Positions 40,939 to 49,314 of a stretch of 64,000 bases of DNA are shown one piece after another. Source of the stretch: an uncultured Acidimicrobiia bacterium (GTDB taxonomy: Bacteria; Actinomycetota; Acidimicrobiia; IMCC26256; CAWATG01); NCBI GenBank assembly GCA_963785035.1, contig CAWATG010000005.1, forward strand, positions 287 through 64,286, read 5' to 3'. Under the pieces are notes generated by a model. It made no database searches. It worked only from the letters and a program-made list of their open reading frames with translations, and had not been told where the DNA came from. Position 1 is the first letter of the stretch, and each line of letters starts with the position of its first letter. The position numbers were made by a program, and so were the translations under genes.

Positions 40939-41486
40939 GCGACGCCTCACCACACCCCGGGATTGATCGCTTCGATCGTGTCATCGATGCGATCGTCGAA
41001 CCGTTCCGCACGTCAGCGTTGGACCGAATCTTCTACCCGCTTTCGACAGCGGCAGACCACAGCATCCTCTGGCATGTCCTGGGTGCAGGTCGGGCCTTGC
41101 GACGGGGTGACCCAGAGATCGCACGCCGCCTCAGCGAAACCTTGGCAGTCGAATCGGCAGTGACCAACGGCATCGTCAAGACCATCTTCAAGCGCTCGCG
41201 GCCGGCGGATCAGCGACCGGAGTCCGAAGCGCCTCTGCCGTACGGAATGCGCCGGCCTATTACGAGCGCATTCCCATCGGGCCACGCGACGGCTGCGTTT
41301 ACGGCTGCAACCTTGCTCGGGCGCCGGAGTCGACTTGCGCGTCCGTATCTGATCCTTGCCGCACTCGTGTCCTTCAGCCGCGTGTACACCCGTATGCACC
41401 ATGCATCCGACGTCTTGGGAGGAGCAGCACTCGGGGTAGCGTTTGGGAACGCGGCGGCACTGGTCCGTCCGCTCGAACGACGCTGA
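40935..41486 (+). CDS. PAP2-family phosphatase (membrane)
   Basis: Its ATG overlaps the upstream stop (ATGA). PAP2 motifs are KTIFKRSRP, PSGH and SRVYTRMHHASD. Confidence 0.8.
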   Translation: MSDASPHPGIDRFDRVIDAIVEPFRTSALDRIFYPLSTAADHSILWHVLGAGRALRRGDPEIARRLSETLAVESAVTNGIVKTIFKRSRPADQRPESEAPLPYGMRRPITSAFPSGHATAAFTAATLLGRRSRLARPYLILAALVSFSRVYTRMHHASDVLGGAALGVAFGNAAALVRPLERR

Positions 41487-41495
41487 GGAACACTC

Positions 41496-42083
41496 GTGAC
41501 CACTTCTTTCGCGGTGACCTTCGACTATCGCTGCCCTTTCGCCCGTAACGCCCACGAGGCCGTCGTCCGTGCTCAGCGCGACCAATGGGATGTCGAGTTC
41601 ACGTTTCAGGCGTTCTCACTTGATCAGGTCCACGTCGAAGAGGGAGACGTTGCAGTCTGGGAACGCCCACCCGATCAGCGTGGGACGGGCGTTCTCGCGT
41701 TGGAGTGGGGAATTGCGGTGCGCGACACCTTCAGCGCACATTTCGTGGACTTTCACTTGGCGACCTTCGCCGCCCGGCACGATCATGGACGGGCGCTCGC
41801 AGATCCGCAGGTATTGCAGACGACAGCTGCCGGCGTCGGCCTCGACCCAGAAGCAGTCGCGGCCGAGGTCGCGAGTGGTCGTCCATTGACGACGCTCGCC
41901 CGTGAACACACCGAGGCAGTTGACCGCTGGTCGGTATTCGGCGTCCCGACATTCATCAGCGCGGACGCAGCGGTGTTCATCCGCTTCATGGAACGTGGAC
42001 GAACCGACGACCTGGAGCGAGCACTTGCACTCTTCGACGCTCCACGGATCAACGAGTTCAAGCACACCCAGCTTCCGAGATAG
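41496..42083 (+). CDS. DsbA-family thioredoxin-fold protein with a single-Cys CPFA motif
   Basis: GTG start 9 nt after the PAP2 stop. FDYRCPFARNAHE lies near the N-terminus and VFGVPTF in the C-terminal half. Confidence 0.65.
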   Translation: MTTSFAVTFDYRCPFARNAHEAVVRAQRDQWDVEFTFQAFSLDQVHVEEGDVAVWERPPDQRGTGVLALEWGIAVRDTFSAHFVDFHLATFAARHDHGRALADPQVLQTTAAGVGLDPEAVAAEVASGRPLTTLAREHTEAVDRWSVFGVPTFISADAAVFIRFMERGRTDDLERALALFDAPRINEFKHTQLPR

Positions 42084-42118
42084 TCCGACCTCGTCTCGCC
42101 GGTCTCGACATCGTTGCG

Positions 42119-42736
42119 CTAGTGGCGCACGCGGTCCCGCTCGTAGCCAGCGACCTCGAGCCAAGTGTCGAATCCGGGATCGAACCACAACGCGTGCTCA
42201 CACTCGGTTTCGCGATCTTCGACGAAGAGGTGCATCGTCGGCGCATCCTCCGCGAGATCTCGAAGTTCACGCGAACGCGGATGCGTCACCAACAGGTCGA
42301 CGACCTCGAGGAACGCGCGAATCGAAACTGTTCGGGAACGACATGTCGGACATGCTGAAACGGTCACACTCTCCAAACCATTCATGGCCATGAACAGCGA
42401 ATGTGCTTCCCACGCATCGAGCGCGACCTCACATCCCTCTTCGTCGAGGAACGCCAAAGCTGTCTCTGGATCAAGGGATTCGGGTGCCGTGTCCACGACA
42501 ACAACGGTACCCCGAACTGGGCGGTTTGCCCGCATGCGTACGGGTCGATTGAGGTCCCGCGAAAGGCCCATATCGGACAGCATTTCGGACCCTCCGACAC
42601 TGTCCAACGCGCCGCAGATAGCATCTCTGACCTGCACAAATGCTGCCAGCGCCGCCTGGCGGTCAGGACGCGCCCACCGGTACCGGACAGCCGACCTTGT
42701 CCGGGAGGGCGCTCGACGCAACACGGCTGGCGACAC
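42119..42736 (-). CDS. Hypothetical protein
   Basis: Longest ORF in the interval, with consistent coding-like GC3 and a CPTC pair. The start is uncertain; internal ATGs at MLSDMGLS are possible. I recognise no domain. Confidence 0.4.
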   Translation of the reverse strand: MSPAVLRRAPSRTRSAVRYRWARPDRQAALAAFVQVRDAICGALDSVGGSEMLSDMGLSRDLNRPVRMRANRPVRGTVVVVDTAPESLDPETALAFLDEEGCEVALDAWEAHSLFMAMNGLESVTVSACPTCRSRTVSIRAFLEVVDLLVTHPRSRELRDLAEDAPTMHLFVEDRETECEHALWFDPGFDTWLEVAGYERDRVRH

Positions 42737-42913
42737 CGCCGGCAGCGAACATTTCTACGCCAGACTCGGCCGATCCGAAAAGGCCGAAAATATGACGCTC
42801 GACACACAAGATTCGTCCGATTTCGCCCTGTCAGCCCACCCGGCCGGCGCCGTCCACATCCCGTCGCCTGCCACCGGCGTCCCGCCTCGGCCGGCTATCG
42901 GGGCTATCCCCGG

Positions 42914-43252
42914 CTATCCCCGACTCGCCAGCCGATCGAACCACTGAGCCACTGCTTCCGGAGTCGAACGAGCCAGAAATCCAAGGGCAAGACCCGCGTC
43001 ACCTTCGATCTTCAGGTCACCTCGCATGAATGCGACGCTCGGACGAAGATCCCCGGCCGCGATCGCAGCCTGCTGAGCGGCGCCGAGCGAGACCTTGAGA
43101 TCAGCCGTACCGGAGCTCTGCGGCACCACCGCGTCCAGCACGCCGTCGACAAACGTCAGCATGCAGGTCGTGTCACCGCCGGGCGCTCCCTTGACCGTGC
43201 ACTGCACACGTGCCGTGCCCGCGGTCGTCGGCGGGCGGTCACCGCGGCACAC
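42914..43252 (-). CDS. SCP2 sterol-carrier-like domain protein
   Basis: The C-terminal SCP2 pattern is LRPSVAFMRGDLKIEGDAGLALGFL. I propose GTG 43252 as the start, overlapping the mca end by 14 nt. The track start (43432) lies inside mca. Confidence 0.6.
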   Translation of the reverse strand: MCRGDRPPTTAGTARVQCTVKGAPGGDTTCMLTFVDGVLDAVVPQSSGTADLKVSLGAAQQAAIAAGDLRPSVAFMRGDLKIEGDAGLALGFLARSTPEAVAQWFDRLASRG

Positions 43253-44132
43253 CTTGGCCCTGTTCGGAACGCAGACCCAGAAAGAGGTCGTCTTCGAGTT
43301 CTCCGTGAGGGAGGGGAAGGTCGACGGTGCAGCGCGCGAGCTCGAACTCCTCGTACGGGTACACGTCGCGCAGCATCTCGTCCGAAACGAGGAACCAGAA
43401 GCCATTGGGATCGACCTGCGTCCGGTGTGCACGCAAGGCGGCGCTGCGGTTTGTCAGAAAGTCGCCAACATCGATGAGCGTCGTGAATCGCTCATCGCGA
43501 TCAGGAAATCCGCGAGCGAACCAATCCTCGTACGGGCTCTCGTCACCCTGAGCGAGGATCGTCTCGTGCAAGATCCGGATTCGTCGAAACGAGAATCCTG
43601 CGTAGTACAGCTTCTGGGGCTGCCATGGTTCGCCGAACTCGGGAAACTGCTCAGGGTCACCGGCGGCCTCGAAGGCGGGGATCGTCGCTTCATGCACACG
43701 AATATGGTCGGGATGCGGATAGAAATCCTGCTCATCACCGTAGGTGATCATGACGTGAGGCCGATCCGCACGAATGATCCGCACAAGTTCGCCCACGACT
43801 TCGGTCAGCGGCGCGTTCGCGAAATTGTCGGGCCTGGCATTGACCTCCGAACCCGGCATTCCCGAGTCGTGATAACCCAGGAGGTGCAGGGTTGTGTATC
43901 CAATCGCTGCCGCGCTCTCGCGCAACTCGCCGAGGCGCACCTCTGCAAGATTCGCCCATACCTCCGGCAGATCAACTGCCGGGTTCAGGATCTCGCCGGC
44001 CTCACCACCGGTACAACACACCAACGAGGCGACCACTCCTTGGTCGACGTACTTCGCCGTGGTCCCACTCCCCTTCGATGCTTCGTCATCGGGATGGGCA
44101 TGTATCTGCATTAGCCGGAACGCGTCGCTCAC
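43239..44132 (-). CDS. mca: Mycothiol S-conjugate amidase
   Basis: Starts MSDAFRLMQIHAHPDDEASKG...CCTGGEAGEILNP...YPHPDHIRVHE...LRAHRTQVDP...EEFELAR. By recollection it is collinear with mycobacterial Mca. Confidence 0.85.
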   Translation of the reverse strand: MSDAFRLMQIHAHPDDEASKGSGTTAKYVDQGVVASLVCCTGGEAGEILNPAVDLPEVWANLAEVRLGELRESAAAIGYTTLHLLGYHDSGMPGSEVNARPDNFANAPLTEVVGELVRIIRADRPHVMITYGDEQDFYPHPDHIRVHEATIPAFEAAGDPEQFPEFGEPWQPQKLYYAGFSFRRIRILHETILAQGDESPYEDWFARGFPDRDERFTTLIDVGDFLTNRSAALRAHRTQVDPNGFWFLVSDEMLRDVYPYEEFELARCTVDLPLPHGELEDDLFLGLRSEQGQGVPR

Positions 44133-44193
44133 CGTTCAGACGGTAACAGGGTCGATCCGGTACCCAGAACGCCGCCAACGCTTGCATTCCCCG

Positions 44194-45475
44194 TCACGCC
44201 GAACGCGGTACGTCCTTCCAGGCAGGATCCTTCGAAGGGTCCGGCTCCTTGGGCAATCCCAAGACCCGCTCACCAAGGATGTTCCGCATGATGTTGGATG
44301 TCCCGCCCTCGATCGTATTGGCCTGCGCGCGCAGAAAGCCCCGTGCGACGTCAACAGGCTCGTGGCCGCCACCGCCAATGACGCCTCGGCTCTCCTCAAG
44401 TTTCAAACCGGGACCGTCCCACGCGACGCCACCAGGACCCTCGAGGTCGACAGCCAACTTCTGGAGGCGCTTGTTGAGCTCGGCCTGTAGGAGCTTGGTC
44501 ACCGATCCTTCCGGTCCCGCCTCCCCGCCACTGCGACGTTGCGACGCCGCACGGTCGTTCGTCATCTTGACGATCCGGCCCTCGATGTAGGCCTGAGCCA
44601 AGCGGTCCCGTGCATGCGGATCGCTGCACGGCACGTGGCGCGCAATCAGCTCATCGACCGGGCTTCCACCGACAGCGTCACCGCCGACCGAACCCGCACC
44701 TGAAAGCGATACACGCTCGTTCATCAGTGTGGTGAGCGTGACCCTCCATCCGTCGCCCTCTGCTCCCAAACGCATCGAATCGGGAACGCGGGCATCCTCG
44801 AGGAACACCTCGTTGAACTCGGCGTCACCCGTAATCTGCGTCAGCGGACGGACCACAACACCGGGCTGGTCCATGTCGATCACGAAATAGGTCAGCCCCC
44901 GGTGCTTCGGCACGTTGACATCAGTGCGCGCAACGAGGAGTCCCCACTTCGCCTGATGCGCCAGCGACGTCCAAACCTTTTGGCCGTTGATCACCCACTC
45001 GTCGCCATCCCTGACGGCCCTCGTTGCGAGACCCGCGACGTCAGAGCCGGCACCCGGCTCGCTAAAGAGCTGGCACCAAATTTCCTCGTCGGTTGCGCAC
45101 GGCCGGATCAGGCGCGCCTTGAGCTCCTCGGATCCCCAGGTGAGGACCGTAGGGCCACCCATCCCAATACCAATGATGTTGTGCGGGCGAGGAACCTCGT
45201 AGTGGCGGAGCACTCTCGTTGACCGGACGTGCCTGACCAGGATCCAGCGACAGCCCGGCTCCATACTCTGCAGGCCACGTGGGGGTGGAATAGCCCGCAT
45301 TCCCAAGACGCACAAGGAATTCGCGCGTATTGAGCGATCGGCGCAACGCGCTGACGCGCTCATTGTCACCCGCATCGATAGCGGCCATCCATCCCTGAGG
45401 AAGATTGTCAGCAAGCCACGCACGACACGTGTCGCGCAGTTCTTCTGCGTTGAACTCGAATTGGTCGAAAGCCAT
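44194..45475 (-). pseudogene. Acyl-CoA dehydrogenase (paralog of 16120..17280); one frame break as assembled
   Basis: Starts MAFDQFEFNAEELRD...LDPGQARPVNE -> VLRHYEVPRPHNIIGIGMGGPT...CQLFSEPGAGSDVAGL...GGTSNIMRNILGERVLGLPK. The break is near ~45215; removing one A restores the frame. Confidence 0.8.
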
Positions 45476-45679
45476 GCGATCCTCCAAGAACAGGGGCGAG
45501 GATGGTACCCGTGACGCTGTACGACACCCGTATGACGACCGCAACATCATCAGTCCCCGAAAGTTCCGACGGTCGGTCGACGACAAATTAGATGACTACG
45601 GGCAAATCGGCTGCATAGGTACAGCCCCTGGCGCCTCGCACGTGAATACTCGCGTGCGACAAGATAGCCTGCGCCCTGA

Positions 45680-47660
45680 GTGAGCAGGGACTCTTCACCG
45701 ACGATCGATGATACGGCCGAGACGGTCAGTGTGGATCCCGGCCTCGCCGGAGAGAACGACGCGCTCGAAGTGATCGCCGACGATGTCCCGGCGCGACGGC
45801 GAGGCACACGGAAGCGGAGCCGAAGAACTTCCCACCCGCGCGTACGAGCTGCCGCGTGGGCAATTGGATTCTTTGGCCTCGGACTCGTTGCGTCTGACGC
45901 TCGGAGAACGCCTGCTCTATTACGGCAAGGTCCTACCGAATGTTGAAATTCGAGGCGTCGGTGCTTCCGGGGCAAGCGAAAAACATGCACTCAAGAGCGT
46001 GAACGACCTCGCTGAAGATCTTGGCCGGACACCGCTACCCGTCACAGCAGGCCCCGCCAAGTTCGGCCTCGACCGCAAGGCCCTGAACTACCAAGTGGAT
46101 GGCCCGGCAACGGTCCGCGCCGCGAGACGCGTTGGACGAACAGGCAATCCGTTGAGCCATATCGGCGGCTTTGTTCTGCGCAGGTTTCGCAAGGAGTCAG
46201 TCGATCTACGCGTCACCTATAACGAAGCTGCACTTGGTCGCCAGGTCAGCCAATGGAATGCAGCAACCAACAACGGCGTAGAGAACGGCTCACTCCGTTT
46301 CATCGGCACCGACGTGATTGGCGTTCCTCCCAAGGTCGGCATCGGGATACAACGCCAACCCGCACTCGAACTGCTCGATTTCGCCCTTCGAAACGGCGAT
46401 CAAGCAAAGGTCGCCCTCCCAATGGGCCCAGTGTCTCCAGCAGTCGACGCAACGGAAGTCAGCCGGGCGGTCACTGCTGCCGAAGCAGTGCTCGCAGAAC
46501 CCGTCGTCGTGACCGTCGACGGCACCGCCATCACGCTCGCGCCCGCGCAACTCGCCCCCGCCCTCACCACGGTCCCGGTCGATCGCAAGCTCGTTCTCGA
46601 CCTCGACAGGGCTCGGCTTCGTGCCGCCTTCGGCAACAAGCTCGAGCCGCTCGAAACGGCACCCGTCGACGCGACCTTCACCGTGGCGGCCGACAACACG
46701 GTCAGCGTTGTTCCATCGGTTCCGGGCAAGGTCCTGGACATCGATGCTCTCGCAGGACAGATCGCGAACGTACAACACGCAATCACGGGTCAACTCATCA
46801 CGAAAGAGCCGGTCCGCGACACCGCGTGGGCGCAGAGCCTCAATATTCGCGATCACCTCGCAACGTTCGAGACGAAGCATCCACCCAACCAGCAGCGGGT
46901 GACGAATATCCATAAGGCTGCCGACACACTGACCGGCGCAATCGTCGAGCCCGGTGCCGTCTTCTCACTGAATGAACGGCTCGGCGAACGGACCCTCGCG
47001 AAAGGCTACGTTCCGGCACCGGCAATCGCCGCGGATCTCGGTCTTGAAGACTCCGTTGGTGGCGGTGTCTCCCAGGTTTCAACGACGCTGTACAACGCCG
47101 CATTCTTCGCGGGCCTCGAGGACGTCAGTCATACGCCACACGCGTATTACATCGACCGCTATCCCGCAGGGCGTGAGGCGACGCTGAACTATCCATCGAT
47201 CGACAACAAGTTCCGCAATAACACTGCTTCTGGCATCTTGATCAACGTCCGTTATACCGCCACGACGATCAGCGTCTCCATGTTCGGTCGTTCCGACGGA
47301 CAGACCGTGACAGCCGAAGGACCGAACGTCCTCTCAACGATCCCATTCGAGACCGAGATCATCGACTCGCCCTTTCTCCCCCTCGGCGTCACCAAGGAGG
47401 TTCAGAAAGGCCACGACGGCTTGCGAGTTGAAGTGTTCCGTGTTATCTCACGACCCGACCAACCTGCCGTGCGAGAGCGCTACGTCACCAAGTACGCAAT
47501 GGTGAAAGCGAAGATCGCGCGGGGCATCGGCCCAGCTGCTCCCACCGCCCCGCCAGTTCCACCCGAGCAGACCGCTCCGCAGACGGACCCTCCCGGACCG
47601 ACGGCACCGGGGACGACTGCACCACCAGCTGCTCCACCCACCGCTGCGCCGCCCCAGTAA
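45680..47660 (+). pseudogene. VanW-family membrane-anchored protein with a Pro-rich tail; one frame break as assembled
   Basis: GTG 45680. Basic N-terminus plus TM helix (RRRGTRKRSRR...AAWAIGFFGLGLVA) -> LRLTLGERLLYYGKVLPNVEIRGV.... VanW core GGGVSQVSTTLYNAAFFAGLE...YPAGREATL. C-terminal PAAPTAPPVPPEQTAPQTDPP.... The break is near ~45890. Confidence 0.75.
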
Positions 47661-47832
47661 CCCCCAAGCACCGGGCCTGCGCCGATGAGCGCTCCCTGCA
47701 CCTTCCAGGGCGCCTGAATTCGCATCAATCGCGCCTGATACTCATGCAACGTGCCATGTGTATCCATTTCGTCTCAAGAGTGCCGAACAGGGCGCCGATA
47801 GAGCTCTTGAACACTAAGAGCCCACTCGGACC

Positions 47833-49314
47833 ATGGACGGCGCCCGAATGCAGCGGATCTCCACAGAAACAGACAATGGCGCCCGCCCCACACCGTTGCG
47901 AGCACAGCAACGGCGGGGCCACAGGGCCAAGCGCTTCGTAGCCATGCTCGGGCTGGCCGGTGTGACCGCTGCGAGCGGCCTGCCGTTGACCTCCGATGCG
48001 GCCCTTTCAGCAGTACCCGCAAAGATCGTCGGCTCCGGCGGTCCTATTGCCGCCAAAGCGTCGGTGGCAAGCATTGCAGCCACACCAACCGGCAACGGCT
48101 ACTGGCTCGTCGCATCCGACGGCGGCATCTTCTCCTACGGCGACGCCAAATTCTACGGCTCCACCGGAAACACCAAACTCAACAAGCCCATCGTCGGCAT
48201 CGCAGCCACACCAACCGGCAACGGCTACCGGCTCGTCGCATCCGACGGCGGCATCTTCTCCTACGGCGACGCCAAGTTCTACGGCTCCACCGGAAACACC
48301 AAACTCAACAAGCCCATCGTCGGCATCGCAGCCACACCAACCGGCAACGGCTACCGGCTCGTCGCATCCGACGGCGGCATCTTCTCCTACGGCGACGCCA
48401 AGTTCTACGGCTCCACCGGAAACACCAAACTCAACAAGCCCATCGTCGGCATCGCAGCCACACCAACCGGCAACGGCTACTGGCTCGTCGCATCCGACGG
48501 CGGCATCTTCTCCTACGGCGACGCCAAGTTCTACGGCTCCACCGGAAACATCAAACTCAACTCATCGATTGCCGGCATCGCAGCCACACCAACCGGCGAC
48601 GGCTACTGGCTCGTCGCATCCGACGGCGGCATCTTCTCCTACGGCGACGCCAAGTTCTATGGCTCGGCAGGCGGTAACTGCTTGAAGGGCAAGGTCACGT
48701 CGCTGGCGTCATCGAGTGCAGCCACGGGATATTGGATCGCTGCGGCCAACGGCGAGGTCCGCGCCTACAACGAGAGCACGACCGACTCCAAGGGCTGCAA
48801 CAATCCGCCTGCCGCCGACGCATCCGCTGCAGGTGGCGCGCCCCCGGCGGGAACAACGGCCGAGGCAGCAATCGCTCACGATATGTTCACGCGGCTCAAC
48901 ACCGAACGGGCACAGCGTGGTCTGCCGCTGCTGAGTTGGGACCCCGAGCTGGCGATACACGCTCGAGGCTGGAGTACCACGATGAGTGTCAGCAACAGCT
49001 TCCGCCACAGCGATCTCAACCCACTTCTGGCACGGTTCACCGTCGCCGCGGAAAACATTGCTTATGGGCGTGGTGAGGGAACCACAGCGGGCCACATTCA
49101 CGTCGCCTGGATGAAGTCAGAAGGTCACCGGGTCAACATGCTCGCACCGAACCTCGACCAGGTCGGGATCGGCGTCGTATGCGCTGCTGATGGAACGATG
49201 TGGGCAACAACGCAGTTCGGTCGTGTTCCCGGCTCGAAGAAGCCTTCCGGCTTCGGTCCGATCCCGAATACGTACCCGATCGTCGGCGAAGCAGCTGGCA
49301 ACGTCACCTGCTAA
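47833..49314 (+). CDS. Secreted repeat protein (five 42-aa repeats plus one degenerate) fused to a C-terminal CAP/SCP/PR-1-like domain
   Basis: The N-terminus is basic then hydrophobic (RRGHRAKRFVAMLGLAGVTAASG). It has 5 x IAATPTGNGY[W/R]LVASDGGIFSYGDAKFYGSTGNTKLNKPIVG plus a degenerate SSSAATGYWIAAANGEVRAY. The CAP-like tail has FRHSD, AENIAYG, WMKSEGHRVNML and GIGV. The start is ATG 47833 or 47848. Confidence 0.8.
   Translation: MDGARMQRISTETDNGARPTPLRAQQRRGHRAKRFVAMLGLAGVTAASGLPLTSDAALSAVPAKIVGSGGPIAAKASVASIAATPTGNGYWLVASDGGIFSYGDAKFYGSTGNTKLNKPIVGIAATPTGNGYRLVASDGGIFSYGDAKFYGSTGNTKLNKPIVGIAATPTGNGYRLVASDGGIFSYGDAKFYGSTGNTKLNKPIVGIAATPTGNGYWLVASDGGIFSYGDAKFYGSTGNIKLNSSIAGIAATPTGDGYWLVASDGGIFSYGDAKFYGSAGGNCLKGKVTSLASSSAATGYWIAAANGEVRAYNESTTDSKGCNNPPAADASAAGGAPPAGTTAEAAIAHDMFTRLNTERAQRGLPLLSWDPELAIHARGWSTTMSVSNSFRHSDLNPLLARFTVAAENIAYGRGEGTTAGHIHVAWMKSEGHRVNMLAPNLDQVGIGVVCAADGTMWATTQFGRVPGSKKPSGFGPIPNTYPIVGEAAGNVTC
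48073..48702 (+). repeat. In-frame tandem repeat, 5 x 126 bp; units 2 and 3 look identical
   Basis: Units start at 48073, 48199, 48325, 48451 and 48577. By eye, units 2 and 3 are base-for-base identical. Unit 1 differs at about 3 positions. Unit 4 differs by CGG->TGG and in its last ~25 bp. Confidence 0.9.

Noticed and set aside
42894-42925. Short direct repeats GGCTATCGGGG / GGCTATCCCC / GGCTATCCCC next to the SCP2 gene stop.
   Set aside because: The repeats are very short and partly overlap the coding end. A small GGGG-ATAG-CCCC hairpin is possible, but there is no U-tract and no further copies were seen.
47996-48685. 229-aa Pro/Thr/Ser-rich ORF in an alternative frame of the 126-bp repeat region.
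   Set aside because: It is a periodic artefact of translating the tandem repeat out of frame. The frame of 47833..49314 carries the signal peptide, the conserved repeat and the CAP domain.
48073-48702. Possibility that the regular 126-bp repeats are a CRISPR-like array or non-coding satellite.
   Set aside because: There are no unique spacers between the units. The period is a multiple of 3, and the repeats sit in frame inside a long ORF with a signal peptide and a C-terminal domain.
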